32,000 nucleotides of DNA from contig CP001848.1 in NCBI GenBank assembly GCA_000025185.1, positions 90,001 to 122,000 of the forward strand. The letters run 5' to 3'. The stretch comes from Pirellula staleyi DSM 6068. Its GTDB lineage: Bacteria > Planctomycetota > Planctomycetia > Pirellulales > Pirellulaceae. Below the pieces are notes generated by a model. It searched no databases. It saw nothing but the letters and a program-made list of their open reading frames with translations, and was not told the DNA's origin. The translations under genes were made by a program, and so were the position numbers. Shown piece after piece: positions 25,842-32,000 of this stretch. The first letter of the stretch is position 1. Every line of letters starts with the position of its first letter.

Positions 25842-27206
25842 ATGACAAGCCCCAACCTATTGCGAGTCGGATGTGGTGCCGGTTTTTTCGGCGATCAACT
25901 CGATGCGCCGCGAGAACTCGCGGAGTCGACGACACTCGATTTTTTGATCCTCGAACATCTGGCCGAACTCACGCTGTCGATCCTGGCTCAGCAGCGTCGC
26001 AAAAATCCTGAGCATGGTTTTGCAAGGGATTTTCTTGAGATTTTAGAGTCCCTCGCCCCTGCTCTACGCCAACAGCCGCAGCTGCGAATCGTGACGAACT
26101 CGGGTGGGATGAATCCAATCGCTTGCGCTCGCGCTGCTGCGGCAGTACTCGAGCAACAGGGCCTGGGTGAGAGCGTGATTGGTGTCGTGACGGGGGATGA
26201 CCTGCTGGCTCGGGCCGATGAACTCGCGCCGCACATCTGTCACTTCGAAACCGGGCAAACACTGGCCGAAGCACAGCTGCCAGTCGTCAGCATCAATGCC
26301 TATCTCGGCTCGCAAGGAATCCAACAAGCGCTCGATCGTGGAGCGCGAATCGTCATCACGGGCCGTGTGGCCGACGCTTCGCTTACCGTCGGTCCCGCAG
26401 CGCATCATTTTGGCTGGAGTCTCGACGATATCCCGCGCATCGCTGGGGCGAGTGTCGCCGGTCACTTGATCGAATGCGGCGCGCAGGTGACTGGAGGATA
26501 TAGCGTCGATTGGATGCGATCGTCGCTGGCCAATGTCGGCTATCCGATTGCTGAAATTGCCCCTGATGGTTCGTGCGTCATCACCAAGCCTGCCGGGAGT
26601 GGCGGCATCGTCGACCGCCTCTCGGTGACCGAGCAGCTGGTCTACGAAATCGGCGATCCAGCGCAATACTTCACTCCCGATGTGGTTTGTGATTTCACCA
26701 GCGTCGAACTCGAAGAACTTGGCGATGACCGCGTTGCCGTGCGCGTCGCAAGTGGTACCGCAGCGCCGCAGAAGCTAAAGGTTTCTCTCGCCTACCAACA
26801 GGGCTATGCCCTCCAAGGGCAGCTGCTGGTGGCCGGAAACGATGCCGCCGAAAAAGCGCGCGAAGTGGTGAAGCTGATCGAGGCACGGCTCATGCAAGTC
26901 GCGCGCCTGCCGAGTCGCTATTTGGTCGAATACCTTGGGAGTGGTGAGTCGCTGAGTGGAATGTCGACCGGGCACGGTCGCGAGCTCGTGGTGCGCATTA
27001 GCGCCGCCGATGCCGACTACCAAATTCTCGAGCGATTGGCGCGCGAACTGGCCCCTCTCATCACGTCGGGACCGGCAGGAATCGCTGGCTATGCCGCTGG
27101 TCGCCCACAAGTGCGCGAGGTGATGGCCTACTGGCCCGCCCTGATCGAGCGCCAGTTTGTCGCTGCCGAGGTAACAGTGAAAACAGCAGCGGAGTGGAGA
27201 CGATGA
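25842..27206 (+). CDS. AtuA-like protein (DUF1446, acyclic terpene utilisation family), large part
   Basis: ATG at 25842 has AGGTGA 8 nt upstream. LRVGCGAGFFGDQLDAPRELAE is the characteristic DUF1446 N-terminus. GRVADASL and HLIECGAQVTGG are also present. 454 aa. Its stop overlaps the next start. Confidence 0.85.
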   Translation: MTSPNLLRVGCGAGFFGDQLDAPRELAESTTLDFLILEHLAELTLSILAQQRRKNPEHGFARDFLEILESLAPALRQQPQLRIVTNSGGMNPIACARAAAAVLEQQGLGESVIGVVTGDDLLARADELAPHICHFETGQTLAEAQLPVVSINAYLGSQGIQQALDRGARIVITGRVADASLTVGPAAHHFGWSLDDIPRIAGASVAGHLIECGAQVTGGYSVDWMRSSLANVGYPIAEIAPDGSCVITKPAGSGGIVDRLSVTEQLVYEIGDPAQYFTPDVVCDFTSVELEELGDDRVAVRVASGTAAPQKLKVSLAYQQGYALQGQLLVAGNDAAEKAREVVKLIEARLMQVARLPSRYLVEYLGSGESLSGMSTGHGRELVVRISAADADYQILERLARELAPLITSGPAGIAGYAAGRPQVREVMAYWPALIERQFVAAEVTVKTAAEWRR

Positions 27207-27544
27207 AAACAACTTTGCCCCTCTCGCACTTTGCCGTGACACGCAGTGGCGACAAAGGAAATCACGCTAACCTGGGAGTGGTCGCTCGCAGCGAGGCCGC
27301 TTACAAAGTGCTCGTCGCCGAACTCAGCGAGCAGCGCGTGCAGGAGTTCTTTGCCTGGACCGGCACAACGCGCGTCGAGCGGTTTCTGCTCCCCCGAGTG
27401 CTGGCGCTGAACTTCGTTTTGTATGATGCACTCGCTGGTGGCGCGAGCGAAAGTTTGCGACTCGATACGCAAGGCAAATTGCTCGGCACAGCCGCCTCGG
27501 AAATTCCGCTTCCCATCCCCGCTGACTGGCAGGACTTCGTTTAG
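27203..27544 (+). CDS. Small protein corresponding to the C-terminal domain of full-length AtuA (split AtuA small subunit)
   Basis: There is an ATGA start/stop overlap at 27203-27206. HFAVTRSGDKGNHANLGVVAR and LNFVLYDALAGGASESLRLDTQGK match my recollection of the C-terminal roughly 100 residues of single-chain AtuA proteins. 113 aa. Confidence 0.65.
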   Translation: MKTTLPLSHFAVTRSGDKGNHANLGVVARSEAAYKVLVAELSEQRVQEFFAWTGTTRVERFLLPRVLALNFVLYDALAGGASESLRLDTQGKLLGTAASEIPLPIPADWQDFV

Positions 27545-27546
27545 CC

Positions 27547-28323
27547 ATGACTGTGCTCGTCAAGAAACATATTCCCACGGGCACAATCGTGCTCAATCGC
27601 CCCGAACGTCGCAACGCGCTCTCGCGGCAGATGATGACCGAGCTAGCGCAGGCGCTCAGCGACATGCATGGCGAAAAACAAGTTCGCGCGGTGGTGCTCA
27701 CCGGCAGTGGCAATTCGTTTTGCAGCGGGATGGATCTGCACGAGATGCAGGAGCATTCGAAATCGGAACGACCACACGATGAGTATCACGACGATGCGGT
27801 GCAGTACTGTGAACTGCTCGAGCAGATGCTCCGGTTCCCTAAGCCGATCATTGCTGCCGTGAATGGCCCCGTGATGGCTGGCGGCATGGGGCTGGTGCTG
27901 GCGAGCGATGTGGTGATCGCCGCGAGCGAGGCGACGTTTGGCTTGCCCGAGCCGCGGCGCGGTTTGGTGGCCGGGATGGTGTCGCCGCTGCTGGCCTTTC
28001 GCTTAGGTGCGTCGCATGCCGCGCGGCTCTTGCTGACGGCCGAAAGCGTGAGCGCGAGTGAGGCGTACCGGATCGGTCTAGTGGCCGATATTACGGTCTT
28101 CGATCTGCTGTGGGCTCGAGCGCACGATCTGTCGCAAAAAATCGCCCTCTCCGCTCCCCAAGCAATTCAGCTGACGAAACGGATGCTCAACGAAACGATT
28201 GGCGAGCATCTGGGGACACTGCTGGCCGCAGGAGCTGCCGCGAGCGCCACAGCACGAACCACCGACGCTGCGACCGAAGGTCTGGCCGCATTTCTCGAGA
28301 AGCGTGCTCCCCAGTGGTCGTAA
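27547..28323 (+). CDS. Enoyl-CoA hydratase/isomerase (crotonase) family protein
   Basis: The start is 2 nt after the preceding stop. VVLTGSGNSFCSGMDLHEM and AAVNGPVMAGGMGLVLASDVVIAASEATFGLPEPRRGL are canonical crotonase oxyanion-hole segments. 258 aa. Confidence 0.9.
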   Translation: MTVLVKKHIPTGTIVLNRPERRNALSRQMMTELAQALSDMHGEKQVRAVVLTGSGNSFCSGMDLHEMQEHSKSERPHDEYHDDAVQYCELLEQMLRFPKPIIAAVNGPVMAGGMGLVLASDVVIAASEATFGLPEPRRGLVAGMVSPLLAFRLGASHAARLLLTAESVSASEAYRIGLVADITVFDLLWARAHDLSQKIALSAPQAIQLTKRMLNETIGEHLGTLLAAGAAASATARTTDAATEGLAAFLEKRAPQWS

Positions 28324-28358
28324 GTTGCTCGGCTACGTGAACTGCCCATCGGCGCAAG

Positions 28359-28399
28359 AAAAACGGCAGTTGCCAGAACCATCTGACAACTGCCGTTTT
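28359..28399. terminator. Bidirectional intrinsic terminator between convergent genes
   Basis: AAAAACGGCAGTTG (28359-28372) pairs with CAACTGCCGTTTT (28387-28399). That gives a 10-bp core stem ACGGCAGTTG / CAACTGCCGT flanked by an A-run on one side and a T-run on the other. It therefore works for the crotonase gene (plus) and for the small basic gene (minus). Confidence 0.75.
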
Positions 28400-28456
28400 G
28401 ATGTTTCGCACAGAGCGAGCGCTCGTGAAAAGAAACGCTCACTCGCCTGAAGCGAT

Positions 28457-28642
28457 TTACTCTTCGAGGTTCAGGGCGGCGATGATCGATTCGGCACCGG
28501 GGGTCATGTTGCGAAGCTTTTGAGCCAGCACAGCCTTTTCCGAGGTCGATGCCTTGGCAGCTTTGCGCTTGATGATGGCAAGCTTCTTACGACGATGACG
28601 ACGGCGTGCCAATTCCTTGTGACGTTCGACGATTCCGCCCAT
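28457..28642 (-). CDS. Small, highly basic hypothetical protein (61 aa)
   Basis: MGGIVERHKELARRRHRRKKLAIIKRKAAKASTSEKAVLAQKLRNMTPGAESIIAALNLEE. The ATG has AAAGG upstream. The gene is bracketed by hairpin terminators on both sides, so it looks like an independent transcription unit. Codon usage appears genome-typical. Confidence 0.55.
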   Translation of the reverse strand: MGGIVERHKELARRRHRRKKLAIIKRKAAKASTSEKAVLAQKLRNMTPGAESIIAALNLEE

Positions 28643-28683
28643 GAGATGACCTTTACTTTGCTAAATGGTTAAACGATTCCGAT

Positions 28684-28716
28684 AAAACGGGAGAGCGAAC
28701 TTGCAAAAGCTCGCCC
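28684..28716 (-). terminator. Putative intrinsic terminator downstream of the response-regulator gene
   Basis: The minus strand reads GGGCGAGC-uuuugcaaguuc-GCUCUCCC (7 of 8 pairs) and is followed directly by GUUUUAUC. Stem arms are 28709-28716 and 28689-28696, with the U-tract at 28687-28684. Confidence 0.5.
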
Positions 28717-28749
28717 TGGTAATTCACTACTCTTGGCGGAGGAGAGGCA

Positions 28750-29199
28750 CTATTGCTTCGGTCCGCTCGAATCTTCCATACCTTCAATGTATCGGCGAAG
28801 TCGTTCGAGTTCGTCGGTAACATCTTTCAGCTTCAGCATGTTTTCAACACGCTTGAGCAATTCCACCTTGTTCACAGGCTTTGACAAGAAGTCGTCGGTG
28901 CCAGCTTTGACGGCTCGTTCGATATCCCCCGCCTCGTTCAGCGCGGTGACCATCAAAATCATGATGCCGCGCGAAGCTGGGTCGGACTTGAGTTTCTGAC
29001 AAACTTCAAAGCCACTCAGCTTGGGCATCATCACGTCGAGCAGAATCAAATCGGGGGCAAACGACTTCACCTTGGCCAGCGTGTCTTGGCCATCGACGGC
29101 GATTTCAGTGTCGCAATCGACCGTGGCAAGATAGGCTTCGAGCAACTCGCGGTTAGGCTGGTTGTCGTCGGCAATCAGGATGCGATTTTTATCGGCCAT
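28750..29199 (-). CDS. Single-domain response regulator (CheY-like receiver)
   Basis: I start at ATG 29199. ILIADDNQPNRELL holds the acidic pocket and DLILLDVMMP the phospho-acceptor Asp. MVTAL and DDFLSKP (the conserved Lys) are also present. No output domain is present. 149 aa. Confidence 0.85.
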   Translation of the reverse strand: MADKNRILIADDNQPNRELLEAYLATVDCDTEIAVDGQDTLAKVKSFAPDLILLDVMMPKLSGFEVCQKLKSDPASRGIMILMVTALNEAGDIERAVKAGTDDFLSKPVNKVELLKRVENMLKLKDVTDELERLRRYIEGMEDSSGPKQ

Positions 29200-29292
29200 G
29201 AGTGGGAAACTTCCAAACTTCCTGCGCGTGACTATTTCCAGTTCCGGTGCACACACTGCAGTCGATCGGTCGGCTGCGAGTTTCAAGCCGAA

Positions 29293-30552
29293 CTAGACAG
29301 CAGCCAGCGCCTCTTTGGCGGGAACTGGGAACTGCGAGCAAAGCGAAGCGACTTCGCCACGAATCCGCTGGTGAACGCTCGCATCGCCGCAGTTCTTGAG
29401 CGACTCGAGAATCCAGCCACCAATCGTTTTCATTTCGTCGGTCCCCATGCCACGCGTGGTGAGTGCTGGCGTGCCGATGCGAACGCCCGAAGGGTCCATT
29501 GGCTTGCGGGTATCAAACGGAATCATGTTCATGTTCACCGTGATGCCGCAATGGCCAAGCACTTCGGTGGCGAGTTTGCCACCAATGCCGAGCGTCGTTA
29601 CGTCGACGAGCATCAGATGGTTTTCCGTGCCGCCACTCACGAGCGACAAGCCACCCGCCATCAGCGTTTCAGCGAGCGTTTTGGCGTTGTCGAGAATCGC
29701 TTGACCGTAGGCTTTGAAGTCAGGCTGCAGCGCTTCGCCGAAGCAAACCGCCTTGCCAGCGATCACGTGCATCAGTGGTCCACCCTGCATCCCTGGGAAG
29801 ACGTTCTTGTCGATTTCCTTCGCGTATTCCGCTTTGCAGAGCACGAGACCAGCGCGAGGGCCACGCAAGGTTTTGTGGGTGGTGGTGGTAACGAAATCGG
29901 CGACAGGAACGGGGTTGTCGTGCAGTCCAGCAGCGACGAGACCGGCGTAGTGAGCCATGTCGACGAACAGTTTGGCACCAACTTCGCGAGCGATTTCGGC
30001 GAACTTGCCGTGCGGAATTTCGCGCGGATAGGCGCTGGCACCGGCGACGATGAGTTTGGGCTTATGTTCGCGAGCTAAGCGAGCCACTTGATCGAAGTCG
30101 AGCCGGTGATCGCTTTGACGAACGCCGTAGCTGTGGAAGTTGTAGAGTTTGCCCGAGAGGTTCAGCTTCATGCCGTGCGTGAGGTGACCACCATGCGCCA
30201 GGTCGAGGCCGAGGACCGTATCGCCGGGGTTAATCAGCGAGAGGTAGACCGCTTGATTGGCCTGCGAACCGCTGTGGGGCTGCACGTTGGCATGTTCGGC
30301 ACCGAAGAGTTGCTTCGCGCGGTCGCGCGCCAGGTTCTCGATGACGTCGACATGCTCGCAGCCGCCGTAGTAGCGACGTCCGGGATAACCTTCGGCATAT
30401 TTGTTCGTCAGCACGCTGCCGACCGCTTGCATAACCGCGACACTCGTATAGTTCTCGCTGGCGATCATCTCGAGGCCATCTTGCTGACGCTCTTGCTCAG
30501 CGGCAATGGCGGCCCAAACTTGCGGATCTTGCTGCGACAGAACGTTGCTCAT
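29293..30552 (-). CDS. glyA: Serine hydroxymethyltransferase
   Basis: I start at ATG 30552. Matching segments are [33 protein letters not shown] and the PLP-lysine motif [14 protein letters not shown]. 419 aa. Confidence 0.97.
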   Translation of the reverse strand: MSNVLSQQDPQVWAAIAAEQERQQDGLEMIASENYTSVAVMQAVGSVLTNKYAEGYPGRRYYGGCEHVDVIENLARDRAKQLFGAEHANVQPHSGSQANQAVYLSLINPGDTVLGLDLAHGGHLTHGMKLNLSGKLYNFHSYGVRQSDHRLDFDQVARLAREHKPKLIVAGASAYPREIPHGKFAEIAREVGAKLFVDMAHYAGLVAAGLHDNPVPVADFVTTTTHKTLRGPRAGLVLCKAEYAKEIDKNVFPGMQGGPLMHVIAGKAVCFGEALQPDFKAYGQAILDNAKTLAETLMAGGLSLVSGGTENHLMLVDVTTLGIGGKLATEVLGHCGITVNMNMIPFDTRKPMDPSGVRIGTPALTTRGMGTDEMKTIGGWILESLKNCGDASVHQRIRGEVASLCSQFPVPAKEALAAV

Positions 30553-30913
30553 GTAATCACCGGCTCCCAAGCATTAGCGTCGAAATCGTACCAGCTCTCG
30601 TCTGCAAACTCGCTCGATCCACGGGCGACAGCGAGCGGCATAAACCACCCATTCGCCGGGGCAGTTTAGCTGCGTGTCGACACCCCGCTGGATGCGTCGG
30701 GAGCGATCTTGCAGAAACCTATGATTGTCGGCGAGAGCGCGAGCGCCGTCAATTGGGTCCGTCCTCGGGACTGCTAGTTCAGGACGACAAACCTTAACCG
30801 GAAACTGGTGATAATTTCGCGGCTTTGGCCGAACCTAAGTACCTTTGGGCAATAGCCTCTACGTCGTTTAGAGGCACGTCCCACCCGTGGTCCATGCAGG
30901 GGACGATTTCCCG

Positions 30914-32000
30914 ATGGCTAGTCCCACGAAAGAGCCGCTGCTAGAAATTCTGCGTAAAAGTGGACTCGTCGACGAGCGCGAAATCGATCGCTTGGTCGAG
31001 GTACAGCCGCAAGCAGCGAGCGATTCGATGGTCGCCGCCGATCTGCTGGCGAGCACCAAACTGGTCACCTCGTGGCAACTCGAGCGTTTGCGCGAGGGGC
31101 GTTGGCGCGGCTACTTCCTGGGGAAGTACAAAATCCTGGGACAGCTCGGTGCCGGGGCGATGGGAAGTGTCTTTCTGGCCGAGCATCGCGTCATGCGACA
31201 TCAGGTGGCCATTAAAGTTTTGGCGAAGCGGCTGACAGGGAAACCTGAATACGTGAAACGCTTCGAGCAAGAGGCGCGGGCTGCTGCGGTGGTATCGCAC
31301 CCACGTCTGGTGCGTGCTTTCGACATCGATAGCGACGGCGACCTGCACTACTTCGTGATGGAATATGTCGCAGGGGAAGACTTACAGAAAATCGTGCTCC
31401 GCGATGGTCCCCTTCCGGTGAGCGAAGCTGCTGAATGCATTCGGCAAACCGCCGAGGGACTATCCGCAGCGCATGCCGCCGGGCTGATCCATCGCGATAT
31501 CAAACCCTCGAACTTGCTCCTCGATCCAGGAGGACAAGTGCATATTCTCGACCTGGGTCTGGCGAGGATGGTGATCGACGATGAGCCATCGCTCACGCTG
31601 GTGCAAGACGCGCGGATGATCGGCACAGTCGACTACCTCTCTCCCGAGCAGGCGCGTAACAGTCACGAGATCGATCCTCGCGCCGATCTCTACAGCCTCG
31701 GCTGTACGCTCTATTTTTTGCTGAGTGGTCAGCCTCCGTTTGCGGAGGGAACGATTCCCCAGCGGGTGATTGCTCACCAGACCCAGCGGCCTGTTTCGAT
31801 TCGCAAAAAACGTCCCGAAGTCGACGCTCCCCTCGAAGCGATACTGAGCAAGCTGCTGGCGAAAAAAGCGGAGCGACGGTTTGCATCAGCGGCAGAAGTG
31901 GAGCAAGTGTTGGCCGCCTGGCAAGCCAGCGAGATCGATCGTGTCCATGCGTTGATCGGTCCCCTCGGCAGTGGTCGCGGTGGCAGCAGCGTGTATAGCG
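30914..32000 (+). CDS. Ser/Thr protein kinase, N-terminal 362 codons; the gene continues beyond the window end
   Basis: This ORF is absent from the ORF track because it has no stop in the window. I translated it by hand from ATG 30914: MASPTKEPLLEILRKSGLVDEREIDRLVE... The Hanks motifs are LGAGAMGSVFLAEH, VAIKVL, HRDIKPSNLLLD, ILDLGLAR, GTVDYLSPEQ and DLYSLGCTLYFLLSG. Confidence 0.9.
   Translation, partial: MASPTKEPLLEILRKSGLVDEREIDRLVEVQPQAASDSMVAADLLASTKLVTSWQLERLREGRWRGYFLGKYKILGQLGAGAMGSVFLAEHRVMRHQVAIKVLAKRLTGKPEYVKRFEQEARAAAVVSHPRLVRAFDIDSDGDLHYFVMEYVAGEDLQKIVLRDGPLPVSEAAECIRQTAEGLSAAHAAGLIHRDIKPSNLLLDPGGQVHILDLGLARMVIDDEPSLTLVQDARMIGTVDYLSPEQARNSHEIDPRADLYSLGCTLYFLLSGQPPFAEGTIPQRVIAHQTQRPVSIRKKRPEVDAPLEAILSKLLAKKAERRFASAAEVEQVLAAWQASEIDRVHALIGPLGSGRGGSSVYS

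Overview
This is a high-GC chromosomal segment: hand counts give about 60% GC in housekeeping genes. Several protein features point to Planctomycetota, probably Pirellulales, which is an inference. These features are a Ser/Thr kinase with the usual planctomycete N-terminal region, a PEGA lipoprotein, a pore-less secretin-N-like protein, a small protein with an RFTLRxxxxxVTxxAxxxGW-type N-terminal anchor, and an NPYAPP-type membrane protein.

I can support about 29 protein genes. I saw no rRNA, tRNA, CRISPR array, transposase or integrase.

Clear housekeeping genes:
- purH (13699-15270)
- glyA (29293-30552)

Other confident calls:
- a Gfo/Idh/MocA oxidoreductase and a sugar-phosphate isomerase TIM-barrel gene, followed by a partial DeoC-like aldolase gene called with less confidence
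- a GGDEF diguanylate cyclase
- a cupin and a Tat-signal ApbE
- an envelope block made of a secretin-N-like protein, a class-II-like c-type cytochrome, a PEGA lipoprotein and a large DsbD-family reductase
- an EamA transporter and a CrtI-family flavoprotein
- a minus-strand run of metallophosphoesterase, alpha/beta hydrolase, membrane protein and SAM methyltransferase
- a tightly coupled atu/liu-like operon: acyl-CoA carboxyltransferase, split AtuA and crotonase
- a CheY-like receiver
- a partial Ser/Thr kinase

I cannot demonstrate a complete new multi-gene system from the sequence alone. Most of the window is ordinary core genome. Four leads stand out:
1. A 1.25-kb AT-richer islet (15271-16542) lies between purH and the EamA gene. 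It is punctuated by a family of composite palindromic REP-like elements and carries two orphan small ORFs with faint HicA-like and HicB-like motifs.
2. The carboxyltransferase / split-AtuA / crotonase operon has no biotin-carboxylase partner in view.
3. A stand-alone 61-aa highly basic protein gene sits between two intrinsic terminators.
4. The periplasmic redox and envelope cluster around the two-N-domain DsbD.

Start codons are my own choices. The ORF track also opens ORFs at GTG and TTG, and several listed ORFs carry spurious N-terminal extensions.
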